The notes under the pieces: model-generated
The model's database searches: none
The model's input: only the letters and a program-made list of their open reading frames with translations
What the model was told of the DNA's origin: nothing
In this document: in pieces, positions 8,604 to 16,548 of the stretch
How positions within the stretch are numbered: position 1 is the first letter of the stretch
Layout of the letters: each line of letters opens with the position of its first letter
Made by a program: the position numbers and the translations under genes
DNA from: an uncultured Actinomycetota bacterium
GTDB lineage: Bacteria > Actinomycetota > Actinomycetes > BP-191
Assembly: GCA_963765815.1 (NCBI GenBank)
Contig: CAVXXT010000008.1
Coordinates: 370,666 to 434,665 of the forward strand
Direction of reading: 5' to 3'
Length of the DNA stretch: 64,000 nt

Positions 8604-8827
8604 GCGGCCGACCGGTCTTCATCGACCCGGTGTCCGACTTCGGCGACGACGTCGGGGACGGCCGCACGCCCGCGTGGTTCGCGCTGGTCGCGGTGCTGCT
8701 GCTCGCCGCCGCGGTGTTCTACGCCTTCTCCTACCGCGAGGGTCCCTCGCTCGAGTCGCCGCACACCTTCCGCGAAGGCGCCGGCGTCGAGGTGCCCGCA
8801 GAGACGTCGACCGGGTCCGGGCACTGA
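8600..8827 (+). CDS. Small single-TM protein (CcoQ-like by position only)
   Basis: 75 aa. GTGA overlap with the CcoO-like stop. One TM: WFALVAVLLLAAAVFYAF. Confidence 0.5.
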   Translation: MSGRPVFIDPVSDFGDDVGDGRTPAWFALVAVLLLAAAVFYAFSYREGPSLESPHTFREGAGVEVPAETSTGSGH

Positions 8828-8867
8828 CCGAGCGCGGCGCCGCTCGCCGCCCGGGATACTGACCGCC

Positions 8868-10318
8868 ATGGCGTACGCCGACCTGCGCGACTTCCTGCGC
8901 CGTCTCGAGCGCGAGGGCGAGCTGCGCCACGTGTCCGCTCCGGTGGACCCGCACCTCGAGGTCACCGAGATCGTGACGCGGGTGGTTCGCGACGGCGGGC
9001 CCGCGCTGGTGTTCGACCAGCCGCAGGGCGCGAGCATGCCGCTGGCGATCAACCTGTTCGGCACCGAGCGGCGGATGGCCATGGCGCTGGGCGTCGACTC
9101 CCTCGACGAGATCGGCGACCGGATCGGCGACGCTGCTCAAGCCGGAGATGCCGCACGGCTTCGGCGGCGTCCGCGAGGCGATCGGCAAGCTCGCGTCGCT
9201 GCGCGGCGTGCCGCCCAAGATGGTGTCGCACCGCGCCGTGCCAGGAGGTCGTGAAGACCGGCGCCGACGTCGACCTGTTCGAGTTCCCCGCGCTGCACGC
9301 CTGGCCCGAGGACGGCGGCGCGTTCCTGAACCTCGGGCTGACGCACACCAAGCACCCGGAGACCGGCGTCCGCAACCTCGGGATGTACCGGCTGCAGCGG
9401 CACGACCGCAACACCGTCGGCATGCACTGGCAGATCCACAAGGACTCGACGGCGCACCATGCGGTGGCCGAGCGCCGGGGGGAGCGGCTTCCGGTCGCGA
9501 TCGCGTTCGGCTGCGACCCAGTCGTCACCTACGCCGCGAGCGCGCCGCTGCCGGGGATCGACGAGTACCTCTTCGCCGGGTTCCTCCGCGGCAAGCGGGT
9601 CGAGCTGGTCGACTGCAAGACCGTCCCGCTGCAGGTGCCGGCCAACGCGCAGATCGTCCTCGAGGGCTGGCTCGAGCCGGGGGTACGCCGTCCCGAAGGG
9701 CCGTTCGGCGACCACACCGGCTTCTACACGCCGGTCGAGCCGTTCCCGGCGCTCACCGTCGACTGCGTGACGATGCAGCGCGACCCGATCTTCCAGACCA
9801 TCGTCGTCGGCCGGCCGCCGCAGGAGGACGGGCCGATCGGCAAGGCGACGGAGCGGATCTTCCTGCCGCTCATCACGATGACGCTGCCGGAGATCGTCGA
9901 CTACGACCTCCCCGTCGAGGGCGTGTTCCACAACTGCGTGATCGTCTCGATCGACAAGCGCTACCCCAAGCAGGCGCACAAGGTGATGAACGCGATCTGG
10001 GGCACCGGACTCCTGTCGCTGTCCAAGCTGATCGTCGTCGTCGACGCCGACTGCGACGTGCACGACTACCGCGAGGTCGCGTGGCGCGCGTTCGGCAACG
10101 TCGACTACGCGCACGACCTGCTGCTCACCAGCGGGCCGGTGGACCACCTCGACCACGCGGCGTACCAGCAGTTCTGGGGCGGCAAGGCCGGGGTCGACGC
10201 GACCCGCAAGCTGCCGACCGAGGGCTACGACCGCGCGGGCGGCTGGCCGACGATGCTCGTGCAGGACCCCGACGTCGTGGCGCGGGTGGACGCGCGGTGG
10301 CGCGAGCTCGGGCTGTGA
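8868..10318 (+). pseudogene. ubiD: UbiD-family decarboxylase (menaquinone biosynthesis decarboxylase) interrupted by two apparent frameshifts
   Basis: The family-typical sequence is spread over three frames. Frame of 8868: MAYADLRDFLRRLEREGELRHVSAPVDPHLEVTEI...DEIGDRIGD. Frame of 9148: LLKPEMPHGFGGVREAIGKLASLRGVPPKMVSH. Frame of 9251: APCQEVVKTGADVDLFEFPALHAWPEDGGAFLNLGL... to stop 10318. Switches lie near 9129-9135 and 9229-9235. Confidence 0.85.
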
Positions 10319-11172
10319 GGCGCTTCCTGCGCCTGGTCGCGATCGAGCACTCGGTCTTCGCCCTGCCCTTCGCCTACATCGCGACGCTGACCGCGATGCG
10401 CGACGAGCACGGACGGGTGCTGGCCGGCGACCTCCTGCTGGTGACCGTCGCGATGGTGGCCGCGCGGACGCTCGCGATGGCCGCGAACCGCGTGATCGAC
10501 CGGGGGATCGACGCGCGCAACCCACGCACCGCGAGTCGCGAGCTGGTCACCGGAGCGCTGTCGGTGCGCGTTGCCGTCATCGGCGCCGTCGTGTCCCTGG
10601 TGGTCTTCCTCGCCGCCGCCTTCGCGCTGTCGCCGCTCTGTGGTGCGCTCGCGCCGATCGCGATCGTCCCGCTGGTCGGCTATCCCTACACGAAGCGCGT
10701 GACCTGGCTCTGCCACGCCGTGCTCGGCGTCGCGCAGGGCATCGCGCCGGTCGGCGCGTGGATCGCGGTGACCGGCCGGTGGTCGTGGACCGCGGTGCTG
10801 CTCGGCCTGGCGGTCGGCTCCTGGATCGGCGCGTTCGACCTCATCTACGCCTGTCAGGACGCCGACTCCGACCGTCGCGAGGGAGTGCAGTCGGTGCCCG
10901 CCCGCTTCGGGGTCGCCAATGCGCTGCGCGCGTCCGCCGTCACGCACGTCGGGACTGTCGCGCTGCTCGCGGCGTACGGCGTCGCCGCCGACCTGGGCCG
11001 GGGCTGGGCGGCGGGGGTGGTCGTGACCGCGCTGGCCCTGGCGTACGAGCACAGCATCGTCCGGCCGGACGACCTCTCGCGCGTCAACCGCGCGTTCTTC
11101 ACCGTCAACGGCTTCGTCGGGATCGGCCTGCTCGGCTTCGCCCTCCTCGACCTCGGGCCGGTGCTCCGGTGA
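10315..11172 (+). CDS. ubiA: UbiA-family aromatic prenyltransferase (MqnP-like)
   Basis: GTGA overlap with the ubiD stop. Polytopic. NRVIDRGIDARNPRT and YACQDADSDRREG (the two Asp-rich UbiA motifs). Confidence 0.88.
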   Translation: MRRFLRLVAIEHSVFALPFAYIATLTAMRDEHGRVLAGDLLLVTVAMVAARTLAMAANRVIDRGIDARNPRTASRELVTGALSVRVAVIGAVVSLVVFLAAAFALSPLCGALAPIAIVPLVGYPYTKRVTWLCHAVLGVAQGIAPVGAWIAVTGRWSWTAVLLGLAVGSWIGAFDLIYACQDADSDRREGVQSVPARFGVANALRASAVTHVGTVALLAAYGVAADLGRGWAAGVVVTALALAYEHSIVRPDDLSRVNRAFFTVNGFVGIGLLGFALLDLGPVLR

Positions 11173-11822
11173 GCGACGACCGGGTCCCGTGGGTCGTCGG
11201 GGTCAGCGGCGCGAGTGGCACGCCCTACGCGCGGTCCGTCATCTCCGGGCTGCTGGACGCCGGGCACCAGGTCGACCTCGTCGTCTCGCGCGCCGCGCGG
11301 CTGACCCTGCTCGATGAGACCGGGATCGGCTGGCGGGACGCGCACTGGCGCGACGACCTCGCGGTCTGGCTCGGCCGCGACGTCGACCGCGACATCGAAG
11401 GGGCGGTGCGCCACTGGACCCCGGGTGACCTGGCGGCCGGACCGGCCAGCGGCTCGTACGTCACCCGGGGGATGGCGGTCGTGCCGGCGAGCACCGCGGC
11501 GGTCGCGGGCATCGCGCTCGGGCTGAGCAAGGACCTGCTGCAGCGCGCGGCGGACGTGACTCTGAAGGAGGGGCGACCGCTCGTCGTGGTGCCGCGGGAG
11601 ACGCCGCTGGCGCGGACGCATCTCGTGCAGCTGCTCGCGCTGCACGACGTGGGGGCGGTGGTCCTGCCGGCGTCTCCGGCCTTCTACTCCGGTCCGACGC
11701 GGATCGAGGAGCTGGTGGACTTCGTGGCGGGTCGGGTGCTCGACGCCCTCGGCGTGCCGCACTCGCTCTACCGCCGGTGGACCGGGGAGCTGGGCGCCGG
11801 GCGCGAGCCCGGCCCGGGCTAG
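11169..11822 (+). CDS. ubiX: UbiX-family flavin prenyltransferase
   Basis: GTGA overlap with ubiA. VVGVSGASG...MAVVPASTAAVAGIALGLSKDLLQRAADVTLKEGRPLVVVPRETPL. Confidence 0.9.
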   Translation: MSDDRVPWVVGVSGASGTPYARSVISGLLDAGHQVDLVVSRAARLTLLDETGIGWRDAHWRDDLAVWLGRDVDRDIEGAVRHWTPGDLAAGPASGSYVTRGMAVVPASTAAVAGIALGLSKDLLQRAADVTLKEGRPLVVVPRETPLARTHLVQLLALHDVGAVVLPASPAFYSGPTRIEELVDFVAGRVLDALGVPHSLYRRWTGELGAGREPGPG

Positions 11823-12043
11823 GCGGTGCGGCTGACCAGGCGAGCGGGGGCCGGCGCGGTCGCGCGTGAGGTGTCGCCGTGGAGCAGGGCGCGGACCTCG
11901 GACTCGCGGAAGCGGCGGTGACCGCCGGGCGTGCGCACGCTGCCGATGCGGCCGGCGACGGCCCAGCGCGTGACGGTCTTCGGGTCGACCCGGAAGAGGG
12001 TCGCAACCTCGCCGGGGGTCATCAGCCGGTCGCGGTGCTCCAT
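11819..12043 (-). CDS. bldC: BldC-like small MerR/excisionase-type DNA-binding protein
   Basis: Start at the internal ATG 12043 with an AGGAGA SD. MEHRDRLMTPGEVATLFRVDPKTVTRWAVAGRIGSVRTPGGHRRFRESEVRALL closely matches the BldC helix-turn-helix core as I recall it. Confidence 0.8.
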   Translation of the reverse strand: MEHRDRLMTPGEVATLFRVDPKTVTRWAVAGRIGSVRTPGGHRRFRESEVRALLHGDTSRATAPAPARLVSRTA

Positions 12044-12190
12044 GGCCGTCTCCTGTCTGGACCGGGCGGCGGGGGGCCGCTCGGAGGTCGTTGTCGAGGG
12101 CAACGACCCACCGCGCGGAAGGTGACGGCCCGCGCAAAACCGCGCTCCGGGCGCACGAGGGTCGCAACCGGACATCCGCGGCGCGCGGAT

Positions 12191-12322
12191 CTAGTGGGCG
12201 GCGCGGTCGCGGATGCGGCGGACGGCGTCGCGGACGGCGTGCGGGCGGGCGTGGCCGGCGCGGGCGACGTCGGCGCGGACCTCCTGCTGCCTCGCGTGGA
12301 CCAGCTCGATGCTGACGATCAT
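12191..12322 (-). CDS. Candidate 43-aa small protein (unknown function)
   Basis: Below the ORF-track size cut-off. GGGAGGTGAGCATC-ATG (strong SD, 7-nt spacing). MIVSIELVHARQQEVRADVARAGHARPHAVRDAVRRIRDRAAH. Divergent from the lrp-type gene across an unusually AT-richer spacer. Confidence 0.35.
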   Translation of the reverse strand: MIVSIELVHARQQEVRADVARAGHARPHAVRDAVRRIRDRAAH

Positions 12323-12420
12323 GATGCTCACCTCCCTTGTCTGCCTTACAGATCGCTACTATACCTCACTAACAGTAACGATGTCGAAACCATTTCCCCT
12401 GCTGGACCATCGGAGGGCTG

Positions 12421-12933
12421 ATGACCCGGAACCGCCCGCCCCGGCCGCTCGACGAGGTCGACCACGTGCTGGTCGCGGCCCTGCGGTCCGACGCGCGAGC
12501 GACGTACGCCGAGCTCGCCGCCCTCGCCGGGTTGAGCGCGCCGGCCGTGCGCGACCGGGTCGCCCGGCTCGAGCAGGCCGGCGTGCTGACCGGCTACCAC
12601 GCCGCCGTCGCGCCGGCCGCGCTCGGCTTCGGCGTCAGCGCTCTGGTCGGCGTGCACCAGGCCGACGGGGTCGAGCAGGACGACCTCGCGCGCCGCCTCG
12701 AGGGGGTGCCGGAGATCGAGGACTGCTGGTTCGTCGCGGGCGACGAGGCGTTCGTCGTCAAGGTCCGGGTGCCGGACGTCGACGCGCTCGAGCACACCCT
12801 CGCCGTCCTCCGCCGGATCCCCGGCGTCGCGCGGACGCGGACCACCGTCGTGCTCTCCACCCGGTGGGAGGGACGCATCCGCATGCCGTCGAGTGCTGGC
12901 CCGACCCGTGAGGACCCAACCCGTGATGACTAG
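12421..12933 (+). CDS. Lrp/AsnC-family transcriptional regulator
   Basis: HTH region (LDEVDHVLVAALRSDARATYAELAALAGLSAPAVRDRVARLEQAGVL) followed by an RAM/ACT-like domain. Confidence 0.88.
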   Translation: MTRNRPPRPLDEVDHVLVAALRSDARATYAELAALAGLSAPAVRDRVARLEQAGVLTGYHAAVAPAALGFGVSALVGVHQADGVEQDDLARRLEGVPEIEDCWFVAGDEAFVVKVRVPDVDALEHTLAVLRRIPGVARTRTTVVLSTRWEGRIRMPSSAGPTREDPTRDD

Positions 12934-13078
12934 TGCGCAACCGGGGCAACCGGCCACCGGGACGTAGTCACCGACCAGGGGCTAAACCCCCTCATCGGGC
13001 CATGGGAAAAGTCGGGCAATGCGTCGACGCTGACACAGACCGCCGGACACCGGCCCATTCACCACACGGGAGCGCTCA

Positions 13079-14804
13079 ATGCGTTCGATTCCTCGACTTG
13101 TCGCCGCAGCAGCAGTGCTCGGCGTCGTGATTCCCACCGCGACGGCAGCCAACGCCGCCACCGCCCCGGTCAAGGCCGCCGGCGTCGCCCAGTCCACCGC
13201 CAAGCTGATCCAGGTCGACGCGTTCGGCAAGAGCGTCACGCTGGGCAGCCTCACCAGCACCGCCGGAACGAAGGACGCGCTCGACGCGATCGTCGAGTTC
13301 ACGCCCGTCGTCGTCGACGGCGTGAAGAGCGGCACGCAGTCCGTCACCCCGTCGTCGTCGCCGAAGTCGGTGCCCGCGCAGAGCACCTCCGCCGCCGGCC
13401 TCCCGTCGACGCTCCTGTCGGCGTCGTCGCCGGCAGCGCAGCTGGTCGCCTCCGTCACCAACGGCGCGCCGACGGCTGGTCTCACCGGGACGCTCGGCTC
13501 GGTGCGCCTGCTCGGGACCGACCTCCTCGGCACCAGCGGCGTCCAGGTCGGCTCCGCGGTCACCGGCGTCGGATCCGACGCGTCGAAGGCGGTGTCCGCG
13601 AAGAACATCGGGATGCCCAGCCTCGCCGACATCATCAGCGGTCTCGGGCTCGACCTCAGCGCGCTTCCGCTGCCGGTCGTGCAGGACCTGCTCCGCTCCC
13701 TCCCCGGCACGCTCGCTCCGGCGATCGAGACCGCGATGACGGGCGCGCAGTCCGCGCAGTCGGCCGTCGACTCCGCCCAGGCGCAGGTCACCGCGGCCCA
13801 GTCCCAGGTCGCTCCGGCGCAAGCGGCCGTCGCCTCGGCCACCACGGCCATGAGCCAGGCCGACGCCGCGGTCGCCGCGGCGCAGGCCCAGCTGAACGCG
13901 GCGAACGCGCTGCCGATCCCGATCCCGGCCGACATCGCGTCCGCTACTCGCCGCGCTGTCGGCGGCCCAGTCCCAGGCCAACGCGGCAGCAGCCACCCTG
14001 GCCAACGCCAACGCGGCACTCGCCGCGGCCAACGCCGCCGTGGACACCGCGCAGGCCGCGCTGAACGCGGCGCTCGCCGCGCTCAACTCGGCGCTCGACA
14101 CGGTGCTCGCGCTCGCCGCCAGCATCCTGGATGTGCCGCTCGTGTCGATCGTGTCGATCAACGTCTCGTCGCTCGCCCAGGTGGGCCCGAAGGCGACCAA
14201 CCGCACGGCCGACGTCACCGGCACCATCTCCGGCGTCTCGGTTCTCGGCGCCGACGTGCTGGCGATGGCCGGCCTCGGCTCGACGGTCGACGTCATCGGC
14301 TCGGCCAGCGCAGCGGTGAACCAGATCAACTCGCAGGTTCGTGGCGTCCTCAGCCCGGTCTTCTCGGCGCTGAACTCCGCGGTGCCCGGACTGACCGTCC
14401 CGACGCCGTCGGTGGAGTTCCTCACCAAGCAGACCGGCGTGGGCACCGACGGAGCCTTCGGCACCGCGTTCGCCGCGGTCAACGCGCTCACCGTCAAGAT
14501 CGGCGCGCTGACGATCCCGACCCTGGTGGCCCTGCCCACCCTGCCCGCGCTGCCCGGCATCACCCAGTCCGCCGCCTCGATCAGCACCGCCCCGATCGCG
14601 ATGGTGGTCGGCCAGCTTGGCGAGTCCGCTCGGTTCCGTCCGGCCTCCACGACCGGCGCGCCGATCACCCCCGGCTCGCCCGGCACCAACGGCGGCCCGA
14701 CCCTGCCCAGCACGGGCGCCCCGGTCGGCCTCGCCGTCGCCGCCCTCGTCGTGACCGGACTGGCGGTCGCCGCCCGTCGGCGCACCGCAGAGTCGATCGG
14801 CTAG
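13079..14804 (+). pseudogene. LPXTG (LPSTG) sortase-anchored coiled-coil surface protein with one apparent frameshift
   Basis: Signal peptide (MRSIPRLVAAAAVLGVVIPTATAANA) and an Ala/Gln coiled coil in the frame of 13079. The coiled coil continues in another frame from about 13944 (LLAALSAAQSQANAAAATLANANAAL...) and ends with LPSTG + TM + RRR, stop at 14804. A strong terminator follows at 14824. Confidence 0.8.
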
Positions 14805-14823
14805 CCAGAGAGCGCACCCCGGA

Positions 14824-14853
14824 GCCGGCGTACCCACTCGGGTACGCCGGCTT
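14824..14853 (+). terminator. Rho-independent terminator-like hairpin after the LPXTG gene
   Basis: Perfect 12-bp stem GCCGGCGTACCC / GGGTACGCCGGC with an ACTC loop, followed by TT. Confidence 0.6.
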
Positions 14854-14887
14854 CGGCGCGTCCGGGGTGCCGACATAAGGTCGACGC

Positions 14888-16030
14888 ATGGACACCGGCG
14901 AGCAGTCTGCGATCGAGCGCAAGGTCCTGGCCGGCGAGCGGCTCAGCTACGACGACGGCGTCGCGCTCTACGACTGCGACGACCTGGCCTGGCTGGGCGG
15001 GCTCGCGCACCACGTCCGCACCGAGCGCAACGGCGACCGGGTGATGTTCAACGTCAATCGGCACCTCAACCTCACCAATGTGTGCACGGCCTCATGCGCC
15101 TACTGCTCCTTCCAGCGCAAGCCCGGCGACGCCGACGCGTACACGATGCGGGTCGAGGAGGCGGTGCGGCTCGCGACCGCGATGCAGGCGGAGGGCCTCA
15201 CCGAGCTGCACATCGTCAACGGCCTGCACCCGACCTTGCCGTGGAAGTACTACCCGCGGGTCCTGCGTGAGCTCCGTGACGCGCTGCCCGGTGTCGCGCT
15301 CAAGGCGTTCACCGCCACCGAGATCCACTTCTTCGAGCGGCTGTCCGGCCTGTCGGCGGAGCAGATCCTCGACGAGCTGATCGACGCCGGTCTGACCTCG
15401 CTCACCGGCGGCGGCGCGGAGATCTTCGACTGGGAGGTGCGGTCGCAGATCGTCGACCACGACACCCACTGGGAGGACTGGTCGAGGATCCACCGCATCG
15501 CTCATCGGCTGGGCCTGCGCACCCCGTGCACGATGCTCTACGGCCACATCGAGGAGCCCCGCCATCGGGTCGACCACGTGCTCCGGCTGCGTGAGCTGCA
15601 GGACGAGACCGGCGGCTTCGTCGTCTTCATCCCGCTGCGCTTCCACAACGACAACAACCCGCTCGGCGCGACGACTCGGATGGCGACGGGGGCTGAGGTG
15701 CTGAAGACCTTCGCGGTGTCGCGCCTCCTCTTCGACAACATCGACCACGTCAAGAACTTCTGGGTCATGCACGGACTGTCGACCGCGCAGCTGTCGCTGT
15801 CGTTCGGCGCCGACGACCTCGACGGATCGGTGGTCGAGTACAAGATCACCCACGACGCCGACGGCTTCGGCACGCCGGACAAGATGTCGCGCGAGGGCCT
15901 GCTCGAGCTGATCCGCGACGCCGGCTTCCGCCCGGTCGAGCGGGACACCCGCTACAACGTCATCCGCGAGTACGACGGCCCCGTGCCGCTCGCCGAGAGG
16001 CGCGCTGTGCCGCAGGAGATCTCGTCGTGA
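14888..16030 (+). CDS. mqnE: Radical SAM aminodeoxyfutalosine synthase (MqnE-type)
   Basis: CTASCAYC radical-SAM motif. MqnC/MqnE family architecture. Assigned MqnE rather than MqnC from its position next to ubiD/A/X-type genes (recalled Streptomyces synteny). Confidence 0.75.
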   Translation: MDTGEQSAIERKVLAGERLSYDDGVALYDCDDLAWLGGLAHHVRTERNGDRVMFNVNRHLNLTNVCTASCAYCSFQRKPGDADAYTMRVEEAVRLATAMQAEGLTELHIVNGLHPTLPWKYYPRVLRELRDALPGVALKAFTATEIHFFERLSGLSAEQILDELIDAGLTSLTGGGAEIFDWEVRSQIVDHDTHWEDWSRIHRIAHRLGLRTPCTMLYGHIEEPRHRVDHVLRLRELQDETGGFVVFIPLRFHNDNNPLGATTRMATGAEVLKTFAVSRLLFDNIDHVKNFWVMHGLSTAQLSLSFGADDLDGSVVEYKITHDADGFGTPDKMSREGLLELIRDAGFRPVERDTRYNVIREYDGPVPLAERRAVPQEISS

Positions 16031-16548
16031 CCTGGACCGTGCCTGAGCCGGTCGAGCCGACGACGACCCACGTCGCCGGCGAACGGGAGATGCTCGAGTC
16101 CTGGCTCGACTTCCACCGCACGACGCTGCTGCACAAGTGCGCCGGGCTCACCGGCGAGCAGCTCGCCATGCGCAGTGTCGAGCCGTCGTCGCTGTCGTTG
16201 CTGGGCCTGCTGCGGCACATGGCCGAGGTGGAGCGCGGCTGGTTCCGCAAGAACATCGCCGGCGAGGACGTCCCGTGGATCTACTGCCTCGATCCCGCCG
16301 GGGACGCCGACTTCGACGACATCGACCCGGCCACGGCAGAGACCGATCACGCGCGTTTCGTCGCGGAGTGCCAGTCAGCTCGCGACGCGGTCGCGGGCCG
16401 CTCGCTCGACGACACGTTCATTCACCCTCGTCGCGGAACCACGATGAGCGTGCGCTGGGTCTACGTGCACATGATCGAGGAGTACGCGCGGCACAACGGC
16501 CACGCGGACCTGCTGCGCGAGCGGATCGACGGCCGCGTCGACGAGTAG
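16027..16548 (+). CDS. DinB-like (DUF664 / mycothiol-transferase-like) four-helix-bundle protein
   Basis: GTGA overlap with the mqnE stop. LLGLLRHMAEVERGWF ... WVYVHMIEEYARHNGHADLLRERIDG (the His triad context typical of DinB-family proteins). Confidence 0.7.
   Translation: MTWTVPEPVEPTTTHVAGEREMLESWLDFHRTTLLHKCAGLTGEQLAMRSVEPSSLSLLGLLRHMAEVERGWFRKNIAGEDVPWIYCLDPAGDADFDDIDPATAETDHARFVAECQSARDAVAGRSLDDTFIHPRRGTTMSVRWVYVHMIEEYARHNGHADLLRERIDGRVDE

Noticed and set aside
12086-12108. 8-bp-stem hairpin GGTCGTTG-TCGAGGG-CAACGACC between the small ORF and the bldC-like gene
   Set aside because: No U-tract on either strand. It could be a terminator, a 5'-UTR structure or chance, so it is not reported as a feature.
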